From Botryllus schlosseri (taxonomy: Eukaryota): a stretch of 64,000 bases of DNA. The stretch lies in assembly GCA_051294905.1 (NCBI GenBank), contig CM119372.1, positions 39,310,001 through 39,374,000 of the forward strand. Direction: 5' to 3'. Positions 34,675-47,600 of the stretch are shown here, in pieces. The translations under genes were made by a program, and so were the position numbers. Position 1 is the stretch's first letter. Every line of letters begins with the position of its first letter. The notes below the pieces were generated by a model, which had not been told where the DNA came from, made no database searches, and saw only the letters and a list, made by a program, of their open reading frames with translations.

Positions 34675-35831
34675 TAGGGCGATTTTTTTTGACACGTCAA
34701 AATTGTAGCGTTAGGTCAATATTTGTCAAAATTATTTACAAAATCAGACATTTTTTGACCTATACATTTCGTTTGTATCGTCGATTTTGCGCTGTCTGTG
34801 AACTTATCATTTTATCATTTACAGCCTGTAGCCTACTTTATAGGCCTGCCGTTGTAAACGGCCCATTTTGTCAGCTCATTGTGAATCATAAACGGTCAAA
34901 TGAAACAAATAGTGACATGGTTTTATGGTCAACGTACCGCAATATCCTAACTGAAGCAAGACTGCTTAGGCATTGCATGATTCTTACATCAAGAAGCGCA
35001 AGCTGAAAAATTGTGATATAGACAACATTGTCAGAATGAAGCAACACGGTGCATCACCAGCAAGCAGTGTGCACACAACTTCAGTGTTGTCAGCTAACAA
35101 CTGCAGCTGTTGAACGTTCTTTCTCCATTCTTGGCAGCAAGCTACTTAGTAAGAACAGACACTTTCTACCCGAGATAGCGCAGTGGTATAATCCGCGGCT
35201 GCAACACCAAGGGGTGTGGGTTCGATTCCGACCGAGGTCGACTTCATAATTCCGATGGCTAAGTGTTGGAGGTTTACCTAAGCTCCGCCTCGCCACCTCA
35301 TCCGCGTAAGCGGTGTCTTACAAAAAAGCCTAGAGGTGGGCCGTGCTATATGTTGGCAGTTACGGAAAATAATTAAGAATATCGGCCTGGTATAAATGAC
35401 CATAGTAGTTGACAAACACCATAAATACCACAAAACAAACAAACAAAACAAACACTTTGTACCCGAGAATGTAGGAAAGTATCTTTCGTTGTTCTACAAC
35501 AAATTTTAAGTATTCCACCATAATACGTAATGTAACTACTGCAATTCTTCATAGCGCCAGATTTCGTTAAAATACTAGTTTTTTCATGTAAAAATGTGTC
35601 AGTTTTTGAGTCAAAAACGTTCTTTCAGGCCAATCTACTTTGTAAGGACAGACAGTTCCAACCAGAAATGAAGATAAGTAGTACAATTTTAACATTATGT
35701 GCGAAAACACCTAATTTGCATACGTGAGGTCAAAATTTGGTCAAATTTCAGTTTTTTAGATCAAAAAAAGTCAAAATTTAGATTTTTTAGGTCAAAATCA
35801 TCCGTTTTTTAGATAAAAAAAAATCGCCCTA
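34675..35831 (+). mobile_element. hAT deletion derivative, copy 1 (transposase C-terminal remnant + SINE)
   Basis: TIR TAGGGCGATTTTTTT; TTAAVERSFSILGSKLLSKNRHFLPE[SINE]NVGKYL resembles the hAT dimerisation motif. Confidence 0.85.
35169..35452 (+). mobile_element. tRNA-derived SINE
   Basis: A box TAGCGCAGTGG; B box GGTTCGATTCC; non-tRNA body; (CAAA)n tail; flanking duplication CACTTT(C/G)TACCCGAGA. Confidence 0.8.
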
Positions 35832-36720
35832 CTCATAACCCATTCCGGCATGGTACACTGTCAAAATCAATACGAACTGACGAACACCGAAGTTTGAGTA
35901 AAATTTGAAGGCCACAATTTCACAGTGAAATGGACATTGGCGAACATAAAATTATGTGAATATTTGAATGCAAACCGAGAATCTTAGTTAGCTGTTTCAT
36001 GCGATCATCGAGATATACCATTGATATACCATATCATCACCGATCTCGTTATGGAACGCAGACTAGATTCGCACAGACAGACACCGGCTTTTGCGTGAGA
36101 TCCGCAATGATGTAGGTAGGCTAAGTATCAGGTGAGCGCGCATCTCTACCATACTCGACCTCGAAAACGGAATAACTGCCTCAATCCTTGAGTGTCAACT
36201 TTAAGACTTGACACCGCGCTCGATACTAAAATCAAGGCATAACGTGCAAAAGCTCATGACAGATCTAGGTATGGAACATCGTTAAAATCAATAGAGACCA
36301 ATAACGGCTTTTGCGTAAATGAATGAAGAGTCAGCTCTCACTCGACTTTGGTAACCGAATTACCACCCACATAGTTCAGTGACAACCTTCAAACTTGTTA
36401 CAGCGATCGATACTAACATTAAGACTTACCGTGCCAAATGTCATGACCGATCTCGGTATGGAACATCGTCAAAATCAATGGAGACCAATACTGGCTTTTG
36501 AGTAAAATCTATTTGCTGTACAATGTACATGATAGATCAGCACACACTGAACTTCGGAAACGAAATAACTAACCTTAGCTTTAAATAGCAGGCGTGAAAC
36601 TTGGAGCAGTGCTAAATACTACCTTCACGAAATATCATACCAAGTTTCAAGAATTATCATGTTGCGAAACACCGTCAAAATCGACCTATACCAGCAAATG
36701 TCGACTCAACGAATATTACG
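35832..36720. repeat. degenerate ~190-220-bp tandem array (about 5 units)
   Basis: Recurring TCATGACCGATCTCGGTATGGAACATCGTCAAAATCAAT-like motif near 35833, 36033, 36254, 36441 and 36645. Confidence 0.65.
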
Positions 36721-37584
36721 GTAACCGAGTTCATATTTAGATACGATTGTTACATGACACCTTAGGGGCAAACAGGCATAGTTGCCCCACTTGCTCGGCC
36801 ATTTTACTAATAGGAGAGAGTAAATCACCGTTTCTTTATTGTGCGCGGCTTTGAGAGAATAGATAGTGAAAGCTTGTTATAAGCGCTACCGGGGCAAGCC
36901 CCGGCTAGGCATTCACAAAGCGAAAACACAGAAGAGAATTCGATTTTCGCAGAGACTTCGCTATGTATGGGCATTTGCAAGCGAAAGCACTAGAAGAACG
37001 CGGGTTTCGCTGTGATCTCGGTATATATTGATCGCTGTGCGTCTACAAATGGTTAAATTGTTATTGAACAGAATTTTAGGTGGGGCAATGCCCCAGTTGC
37101 CCTATAGGACGAGCCGCCACTGGCTTAGAGCATTCAAGATTTCAATTATATACCACGACTGGAGCCTAATAAGATCAGACAAAGTAGTGTCATTGTTGAG
37201 CTTTATATTTGTATTTAATGATGATGCATCCCTTCTGAAGCGATAAATTTGTTCGCCACTTGCATAAGCGCCTATGCAATATTTCTCGCCGTGTTCTGTT
37301 CTTTCCCTCGGTAAAAACAGACATGAAGCCTACGGAGGTTTCCTACACAATAAGTCAGTCATGCTCTAAAAGTTTATGTGAAGCAGCTATTGTTTGTTCA
37401 TCATCATGTATTTGGTAACTCAACATGTCCTGAATTAATCTTAAATTATTATATGCCAACCAACGTACAATGCGCTAACAGAATCACCGCCGTTAGCAGA
37501 CTCCTAATCAGCAAGCCACCACCGGCGTGATCATTGAAGCATAGCCGATTAGCGAGTCGAGAGCCGTACTTTCATGATTATTAG

Positions 37585-38748
37585 TAGGGCGATTTTTTTT
37601 TATCTAAAAAACGGAAGATTTTGACCTAAAAAATCTAAATTTTGACTTATTTTTACCTAAAAAAACTGAAATTTGACCAAATTTTGACCTCACGTATGCA
37701 AATTAGGTGTTTTCGCACATAATGTTAAAATTGTACTACCTATCTTCATTTCAGGTTGGAACTGTCTGTCCTTACAAAGTAGATTGGCCTGAAAGAACGT
37801 TTTTGGCTCAAAAACTGACAAATTTTTACATGAAAAAACTAGTATTTTAACGAAATCTGGCCCTATGAAGAATTGCAGTAGTTACATTACGTATTATGGT
37901 GGAATAATTAAAATTTGTTGTAGTACAACGAAAGATACTTTCCTACATTCTCGGGTACAAAGTGTTTGTTTGTTTTGTGGTATTCATGGTGTTTGTCAAC
38001 TACTATGGTCATTTACACCAGGCCGATATTCTTCATTATTTTCCGTAACTGCCAACATAAAGCACGGCCCACCTATAGGCTTTTTTGTAAGACACCGCTT
38101 ACGCGGGTGAGGTGGCGAGGAGGAGCCTAGGTAAACCTCCAACCCTTAGCTATCAGAATTATGAAGTCGACCTCGGTTGGAATCGAACCCACACCCATTG
38201 GTGTTGCAGCCGCGGACAATACCACTGCGCTATCTCGGGTGGAAAGTGCCTGTTCTTAATAAGTAGCTTGCCAACAATGGAGAAAGAACGATCAACAGCT
38301 GCAGTTGTTAGCTGACAACACTGAAGTTGTGTGCACACTGCTTGCTGGTGATGCACCGTGATGCTTCATTCTGACAATGCTGTCTATATCACAATTTTTC
38401 AGCTTGCGCTTCTTGATGTAAGAACCATGCAATGCCCAAGCAGTCTTGCTTCAGTTAGGATATTGCGGTACGTTGACCATAAAACCATGTCACTATTTGT
38501 TTCATTTGACCGTTTATGATTCACAATGAGCAGACGATGGGCCGTTTACAACGGTAGGCCTTTAAATTAGGCTACAGACTGTAAATTATCAAATGATAAG
38601 TTCACAGACAGCGCAAAATCTACGATACAAACGAAATGTAGAGGTCAAAAAATGTTTGATTTTGTAAACAATTTTGACAAATTTTGACCTAACGCTACAA
38701 TTTTGACCTAATTTTGAGTTTTTTTGACATGTCAAAAAAATTGCCCTA
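37585..38748 (-). mobile_element. hAT deletion derivative, copy 2 (inverted relative to 34675-35831)
   Basis: Reverse-complement homology over ~1.15 kb, including the same SINE at ~37962-38240. Confidence 0.88.
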
Positions 38749-40245
38749 GTTATGAGATTGCGAATGCTACATCTCGATGATTTCATGTAACAGTATACTA
38801 AGTTTACGGCTTTCATTCATGTATTTATTTATTATTATATTTTCCAACGGCGATTTCGCAGCAGATTTATAGAGTGTAAGCCGTATGTGTTGTGTCACAG
38901 TCTCCAGTTTCAAGGCCAAAATGTGATATGTTGTTCCGAGACCGAAGTTCCGAGGCTGTTGTCCTTAGTTCTTCAAAGACCATTCAAATTGATGTTCTGG
39001 AATCAATATGACAGGCCCAATCTATGAGATAACAATTGCGTATGTGTCCGAACTCGTTGACCTTTGCAGTTAGGCTTACGCAATCTCTCGAGTTCTAGTC
39101 ATTGGAATTAGTCTGGTCAAGTCAAGTGCGAACATGAATCGTATTGAATCTTTGCTCCGTACGTAGTTTACGCAGTTGCCTTTATAGCGAAAATTAGAGG
39201 TCTATAAATTGTCCAGTCCATTGATCCAATCGTACGCCGGGTACCTCCGCTTTGGTTGCCTATCACCTCGTCGCAACTAGGGCTGCGCAAAATCGAGTAC
39301 CTGAGTGATTCAATTCTGAATCACGTAAAATGCTTCGAGTCGAGTCGAGTAATCGAGTATCACTCATTATGACGTCATAGCAGAATATTATTTGTCAAAG
39401 TTGAAATATGTACCTTTTAAGCGACCACAAAGAATATAATGCCTGTTATCCATCATATTGAGGATACTTTGTTATTTTTTTCCACCATACCGATTTCATT
39501 GCACTTGGTGACAATATTGTGGGATTATCATGACTTCGGAAATGTGCTATTTCCAGTAACGTTCGTACCTTTGTACTTCATGTTTCGTATGCTACGATAC
39601 GGCCAATCAGGGTTTCAAGGCTTCAACAATGAAATTAGCATAAACTCGTTGATCGTTGATAAGCTTCTCATTGATAAATCAACTTTCAGTGGTGAGGAGC
39701 GTATAATTTCAGTACTCAAAAAAATCGACTTTTACTACTCGACTCGAATCATTAAAACTAATACTCGATTCAGATTCGAATCATTGTGCCCACTGCCCAG
39801 TACTAGTCGTAACCACCAGCTCAGTGGTCGTAACACACCGAGAATCGTGTACGAAACACTTTCGGACGGGCTTAGGAAAATTAGGGCCTATCGATTTGCG
39901 TAATCTCTAACTCTACCATGAAATCATAACGCATGCTACTAAGGATGACCTGATAATTGATTCGTGGCATAGGGACGATTCTTAGTTCACGTATATTTTG
40001 TAAAATAATCCTTTGATTAAAAAAAAATGAATAAAACATTTGTTACCACACTTCAAGTCACGGCTCACCGGCAAACCTCTCGCGGCACCTACGTTCGTTA
40101 AAATCACTGTTGTCGGGAAATTCATGTGACCATCATAAAGTTACATTTTTACGTTGGAAAACGCCATTGTAACGTCATGTTGATAAAAGTCGCTCGCAGC
40201 CCTTGCCCCACCACCCGATATTGTCACGAGCCGCCACTGCTCTAA

Positions 40246-40946
40246 GGATTGACTGAATCAGCCGTTTATGCTGGGGACTTATCAGACTCTCACAGCAAAA
40301 TGGATTCACTCGTAAGGGCTGTCAAAGTCGTCAATGATGCCACAGAAATAGGTGTAAAGGCGAGCACAGACTATGCTGGTTTGACCATTAAAAAGAAAGT
40401 TGGCTTGTATAGCTTAGGCTTAGAGAATGACAGGCATGACAGAGGTGAAACAGCGAATGATTGTGTACTTTTAGAACTAAATATAAATCCGAGAAATACG
40501 TAGCTATTATTGCAGTTACGTTAGTGCTCCTACTTTTCTGGGCGTAGGTAAAGTATATATATAGTCATCGTGAACTAGTGCAGCACACCATATGTGAGAT
40601 GGATGCCCCACAAAATCTGATCTGCTCAGAAGATGTTGTATGGGCTGACCACATAGCTTATATATTGAAGCCCCGAAGAAGTGTATTTACGCTCGTTCTA
40701 TATCCATGTCTGGTTTGATTCCAGCATTTGTAGTGTTGCAGCCGGTAATGATTCAAGATTCATTCAGAACATGCCAAGATATACCAGCAAACTGTTTTTT
40801 TTTTCTGGTCATACCAGCATAGTCTGTGCTCACCTTTACACCTCGTTCTGCGGCATCATAGACGACTTTGATAGTACTTACGAGTGAATTCATTTTGCTG
40901 TAAGAGCGTAAAAGTCTCCAGCCTAAACGGCTGATTCAGCCTATCC
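40246..40946. mobile_element. PIF/Harbinger-like MITE
   Basis: ~35-bp TIR GGAT..CTGAATCAGCCGTTTA.GCTGG.GACTT; flanked by TAA/TTA; the paralogous site near 37110-37135 lacks it. Confidence 0.6.
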
Positions 40947-41290
40947 TTAGAGCATTCAAGATTTCAATTATATACCACGACTGGAGCCTAATAAGATCAG
41001 ACAAAGTAGTGTCATTGTCAAGCTTTATATTTGTATTCAATGATGATGATGTATTCCTTCTGAAACGAGAAATGAGTTCGCCACAAGCGCCTTAGCAATA
41101 TTTCTTCTCAGGTTCTCTGCTTTCCCTTGGTATAAACAGACATGTAGGCTACTGTGCTTTCCTTCAGAATAAGCCAGTCATGCTTTAAGTTTATGTGAAG
41201 CAACTGTTGTTTGTTCATCATGAAGTATTTCGTAACTCAAGATGTCCTAAATTTATCATATACCATTATCTGCCAACCAACCTACAATGC
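40947..41290 (+). repeat. dispersed direct repeat of ~37124-37475
   Basis: TTAGAGCATTCAAGATTTCAATTATATACCACGACTGGAGCC... is shared; similarity continues ~350 bp. Confidence 0.8.
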
Positions 41291-43180
41291 GCTCACATCA
41301 GGCGTTCTCAAAGGGTGGGCCACAGAGCATTTTCAGGTGGGCCACAGAGCTATTTAGAAAATTTCAGTTATATTTCTTATGTTATTCGCTAAAAATATAT
41401 TCGTATTATCTAATTATACGTAGGCTACATAAAGCTTTTCATCCGACTCTGATTAGACGTAGTGGCACGTATGAAGTCAGCATGTACAAATCGAAAACGT
41501 TATGGAGAAACGGTGGCTTTTTCTACTGGCTATGACAACCTACGGCTAACAGATTCTAAAATAATTTCAAGCGTATAATAACTGGAAGATAATGCTGAAG
41601 TAACCAAGTATTCCGGCATGATCATACGGCGTATGCCGTTGAAAGGGGTATGCAATGAACTCGCAATGAAGTACAATTGATGTACAGATTTACTGTACTT
41701 CGGCAGGCCGTATTATTGCAAGCTAAAAATAGCCATAATTGCAAATTATTAGCAACTTCTGGCGGAGGTACACTGCACCATCTCAACGAATCTTAATGGA
41801 TTGAGGATTTATCGGAGCGCATTAATCTTTGAAGTCGGTTTAAGATGTCCGGCCTGGAAATCATTGTACATATGAAAGCGTCACAGGGATTGATTGTATC
41901 ATTGGATTGAATATTCTGACATCGCAACTTCAGTTGTTTTGGTACAAGACATACAAAGTAGCCTACATCATGCATATTGAAAAATCTTTCTCCACTTCTT
42001 TGTAGTACCCCATTCACCAATGAATTGTTCGATGCTGGCGCAGAATGATTATAGTATTCCCCACAATAGTATCACTAAAGTCCCAATCACACAATGCGGG
42101 GATCTCATCATTGTGTTTCGCGACGCGAATGGAGCAGCGGACGAAAATAATCTACTTGGGAGTTTTAGCTAATGATCTACCAGCGCCGTAACTGCCTTGT
42201 GATAATTCTTGGATTATCCACCGATCAAGGATAATCCCCGAATTATCGGAAAAAAACACAAATAGTTCAGCTTCTACGGGTTGGACATGAGTCAGATTTG
42301 TTTTGCATGGTTTTTGAAGACAGCGCAACAATTTCATGGGGTTGACAGAAAAATTCGAAAAAAAAATTGTTTTGCATTTTTGGGTAAACTCAAAATTTTC
42401 AAACTCTACGAAATCCACGATTATTGGTTGGAATGAATTCAAATTTGGTGTGCGTCGTTTTTTAAGACAACCTAACTATGTAATCACGGAGCCAGCAAGA
42501 TTCGGGTAAAAAGTTTTTTTTGAACAGCCGTAATCGACAGCCTCACGATTTTGGAAGTGGAATTTCTTAGGTGGAGAGAGGAAAAGGACTCCTTACTGGA
42601 GGGCGCACTTGTATGTTTCTTTAATTCAATCCAATATCGTGGAGTTATCGCGTTAAAAATGAGCAATGTGCGCTTACCCGATCATCGAGTTCAATTACGT
42701 TGAAAACGCGTATGACATTGTCGGTCAGAAAACAGAGTAGCTATGTAATTAAGACCACGTTTTAGTGTCTCAAGATCAAGTATAGAACTCTGGTGAATTG
42801 AAATTTGTTCCGCAATCAAATAATATCACGAGGCAGAATCCGGTTTAGCACTGAATCGTTTTCAAAGGCAATCACGCGTGACAGTAATTTCAAATAATAT
42901 ATGGCAATTTTTTGTACACCAGAACTATGAAGTAACACATGGTATAAAAGTTGGGTGCAAGGGGAACAGACAGATTTCATTGATTTAGTTGATCAGATCG
43001 GTCAAAACACAAATGCTTTTGAAACCAGGCATTTTTCTTGCGCAGTAAGAAAAAAGGGGATAATAATAACAATTGTATCGTCGAAATTGGCGCTTCATAA
43101 AACATGCAGCGACCTGAAAATGTATTGCAGAAATAGTGCTAGGTAGTATCAAAGAGGGCACCAGACATAATATGCAAGAG

Positions 43181-44225
43181 CAGAGGTTCTTAACCTGGAC
43201 TCGAGCGCCCCCGGGGAGCGATTTGGATGTAGAAGGGGACAAAGATGCTCGGGGGGCGATATGGATAGCACTGAAGAAAAATGCGTCGAAGTAGATGATG
43301 TAGTAGGAAACTGTGATATATTATTATATAGTAGAACAATAGTTCTATATATCCCTGCGTTCTCATTGTAAATTACCAGTCGACAAAATCTGTCAAATCT
43401 TGAGATTGATTGTAGCGCTGCGCGCTAATGGATACGGCGGTTTTGGCAACTTGTTTCTATCAATGCAATGGTTTATTTTAATTCATGCAAAATGAATTGC
43501 GCGTACTCTTAGATCGTTCATTTCCCGTAAAACACTCCCATCACGATAGTTCGGGATATTCTCAACAAAATTTTTCAAACTAGGTATTGTGTGCAGTAGC
43601 GCGTAGCGTGTCGTAATCAGAGAGGCTCTCCCTTTTGATATTGATATAGCTTTGTACATTAAATATGCTCTGAAGCTTTTTCGCCAAAATGAGTAACTGC
43701 GAATGTATTTTAGAGCTACAAAATTAAATTTTCAGGATATTTATTCGTCGAATCATAAAGGATAAAACATCTTATTGTTGTGATCAAAAACCTTACAATA
43801 ACGTTATATAATACGGGTCGCTTTGTTTGGTATACAGTCATGTTAAAGTTAATAAATGGGTGCATTACTAAATTCAATGTGTGCAATCGAAGATCTCTAA
43901 CACATTCTCAGTTGATTTACTAGTCACAAAAAGCAATAAAACAAAACCGAATACGATTAACTAACGAATATTGTCAATCTCAGGGGTGAATTTGGGTTGT
44001 GTGCATCGGCCTCGAACCAGATGGTATGATCCCGTACGCGGCGTACCCAATGGTTGTTATAACAATCTTGATCCGATCCTGAATATAGCACATACAATTA
44101 ATAAATCGTTAATTAGTCGCGTGGTCCTCGCGCGCAGTTCAATCGCGAAATATTTCCACTGGGGTGCCAGACCTTGGTAGTTTTTGAAAAGGGGCGCTGG
44201 GAGGGGAAAAGGTTAAGAACCCCTG
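43181..44225. mobile_element. hAT MITE (relatives at 1-~3010 and from 55487)
   Basis: Termini CAGAGGTTCTTAACC / GGTTAAGAACCCCTG; TSD TGCAAGAG/TGCTGGAG (6/8); interior homologous to 1-460. Confidence 0.7.
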
Positions 44226-44520
44226 TGCTGGAGCATATACCTTCAAGTAGCTTAGATTCAATCTATTCTGTCATATTGCCCTGCCCGAGAGTCATGGCAA
44301 ACGAACGTGGACCAGTATTTTGTGAATTTACATTCTGTTAGTATGTACATACGAATCAAACCATTACACACAAATATCCACACGCATACATTCCTTCAAC
44401 AATACCACAGATATACGGTAGGTAGCCTGTACATTGACTTAATGTGAATTAGGAAATAAATATACGTAAAATGAAGTCAATACTAAACACAAAATTGCCA
44501 GCACGAACTGCGTAACTCAC

Positions 44521-44639
44521 CCTCGCAGAATCTCATCTGTAATCATCATCTCCTGGCTTGCATCAGGCACAAATGAGCCAGCATATACGTTCGTGAAGCA
44601 ACAAAGAACAATACTGGTCGCTATCTCGCGAGCATGCAT
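44521..44639 (-). CDS. possible first coding exon of a secreted protein
   Basis: MHAREIATSIVLCCFTNVYAGSFVPDASQEMMITDEILR followed by a GTGAGT donor; signal-peptide-like; no downstream exon identified. Confidence 0.4.
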
Positions 44640-47600
44640 TTCTCTTGGTCTGACTCTATCTGCAAACTTGAAGATTTTTTAATACATATCTCGCATTGAG
44701 AAAAAGTCTGGTGTTCCACATATACTGATAAACAGATACCACTAAGCGAGGAACGTTGCATGTTACATCGTAATGCCGGCAATCTCGTTGAAATTTGTAA
44801 AAGTTTTTTTCCCTTGCACAAGTGCACAGTACCCTCACTAGTCATTGCGGTGACAAGAGGGATACAGTGTGCTACCTATTGAAGATACAGTCAGGGATGC
44901 GTCCAGTTAATTAAAAACAACTAGTTTTGAACAATAGGTATATGTAGCCTGTTCAACAAGAAGTGGCTCACAACGAAGTTCTTCAACTAAGACAGTGGTA
45001 CACTACCATTTTGTTGTGAGAGACCCCTTGAGACAAATTATTAATTCTGCGGGCCCCTGCCTAAATTTTGCCTGAAACTCAATGAGCATAATTTTGACCT
45101 TTAGAAAAATTATGCTACTCAACTACCGTACTGTGTGAAATAGCTGTTGCTGTTGAATAAAGAAAGAACAGCAGAACGAATGAACGAGAAAACAAAAGTT
45201 GAATACACTATTGGCGGCACAAAAGTTGATTAAACAATTGACAAACAATAAAATACAATTGACAAGCAACATAATATCAATATAAAGAAACTAGAAAAAA
45301 TACAAGCTATGCAGACGACCAACCCGCTACAGCGGCACAGCAGGGAAAGAGAGCCAGAGGCTTTCAACGAGAGTTTGTTTGTTTGATATTCATGGTGTCT
45401 CAACCCATTGAGGTCGCAGCTGCGGATCATACCACTCATTGGCGCTGAACTCTAATTTTCCGTAGCTATTCGGGGTCGTTGCGTCACAAACGGGTGACAT
45501 CATAATAAGTCGGAATTAACAAATGAGCTGACTCGTAAGTGATCAATATCACCAATTACCAAACAAAATTGTGTTTCTGTGCAAACGTTGTTTAATTATG
45601 CCCTCATTGTGTAAATATGTCCGAAAAACCATATGAACGCACAGACGATTTGCACTCAAAATGGTCGACGTATACGATGTGGGGTGGCTGGAACTCTCGA
45701 AATCGTCGTCGGTTGAACAGGTTTTGCACGTAGATATAGATCATTTGTACGGAATGGGTGTTCTGATGATGATGGCCGCCGACCGTAAAAATGCTGCATA
45801 ACGATGTAGTCCTGGTTAAAGATATTTTTAATCTTTTCATGACAGTGTTCGGAAGCCCTCTTCGTCGAAGGAGCCATATTTACTTCATATTTTCAATTGT
45901 CAATGCCAATTCATTGTTACGTCACAATAAATATTCGTAACGTCATGTTTTAAACAAGGTCTTGTTTACACGTGTTTGTTTTAAATTGATTTTTGTTTTA
46001 AATGCAACCCTAGTCGCTGGTGTATGGTAACAAAAATACGATTTTGTCGTGAGTGCGAGTAGCCAGCCGTCTGAATTGATTGAATTTAATTTCAAATTTA
46101 CGGAGGTATAGAGCTTGAATTTATTAAGGCTGAGTATACAGGCACCAATGACTATAATCAGCACTGTAACTGCCGCACCCCAAACCCCCCAATTTAGGGG
46201 GGCCCGAGCTCGAAGGGGGTCAAAAATTATTTCGTGAATTAGCATAAATCATAGAGTATTTTTTTTAAATTTCAAAATTTTTTCGCGCTGCGCGCGAAGT
46301 CAAGTGACCAGTTCTCTTTATTATTGGCTATTGGGCCATTACCGCGCCACGGCCCACCAAGAAATACAATCAAGTTTTAGGCCATATAACATGCGACTCC
46401 AAGAAGTGTGCCAGAACGATCGGCAGCGAGAAAACCTTGACCGAAAAGGTCTATGCCCTTATGCTGACTGAAGACTTCGTTATATATACAAAATATATAT
46501 AGGTTTAATTGTCCATAGGCGCCTAAATGACTGGCGCCGAATGTTCCTGTCTTTGCAATCTGAACCTCATAAGACAAATACCATCCCGCTGGGAAAAATT
46601 TTATGCCAGTGAAGAAATACCAATTTCAAATCGCGTGCGTCTTTTAGTTTTGAAGCGTACGTTTGGGCGATTTTATATTTTTTGATATAGCAGACTGGAA
46701 GTCACGAAATAACATCATGTAACGAAGTCATATCAACGGGTCCGCCCGCCCGAATATGTTTAATTATTATTTACGGGCCCTCCCGTTTTCAAGACACTTC
46801 ACTCAGCTCTACCGGTAAATCACCCTATGGGAGCCAAGATCCACGTTTTTAGGGGCCTGACGAGGTACTGTTTTGTTCCTGCCAACGGTTAGGCCTATAC
46901 GCCCGAAGATGTTTAATTATTATTGCGTGGTCCTACCTTTTCAAACACACCTCACTCAGCTCTACCGGCAAATCTGATTACGTGAGCAGAGCGAAGATAA
47001 AAATTGATAACGATATATATGCAATTCCCGATCATACTGACCGATTCAATCATGAATTCCAGAAATTTCCCGCGCTTCGCGCGCTTAGGCCACAAAAGCT
47101 GATTCAACAAACAAACTCCCAACGAAAATTATAGATAGCGGTGAAGTGTATCGCCGGAGGGGGGTCTGGGGGGCTTCGATCTACCAGGGCCTATAACCCT
47201 ATGGGGGGCCCAAGACCAAAGTTTGGGGAGGGTGACGAAGTGCTGTTAAGGCCCTGCCTATAATACATCAACCGTCATCTGTGTTTTTCTAATATTAACT
47301 GTAGGCTATGTGACAAAGACAAACAGAAAAAAATGACCTATTGAAAATAACATCTCGCTATTCATTTGGAATTAGGGTGTACGTACACCAGGGGCCGCCA
47401 ACTCAAAACATGCCGCGGGCCGCAAAATATGACCTCGCGGGCCTCGCAGCTGCATTTCTTGATATACGTGGTCGTGTCTTGGAAATCCACGTCTTCAATT
47501 TGGTATGAACGAGTGCAGAAAATTCATTTCCACAAAGATATGTGGTGAGGAAGGGTATATAATAAAGGGCAACGCTTCTGACGATCCCTTTGGGTATGAT

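Noticed and set aside
35169..35245. tRNA gene
   Set aside because: The A and B boxes continue into a shared non-tRNA body with a (CAAA)n tail and target duplication, and dispersed copies exist; it is a SINE.
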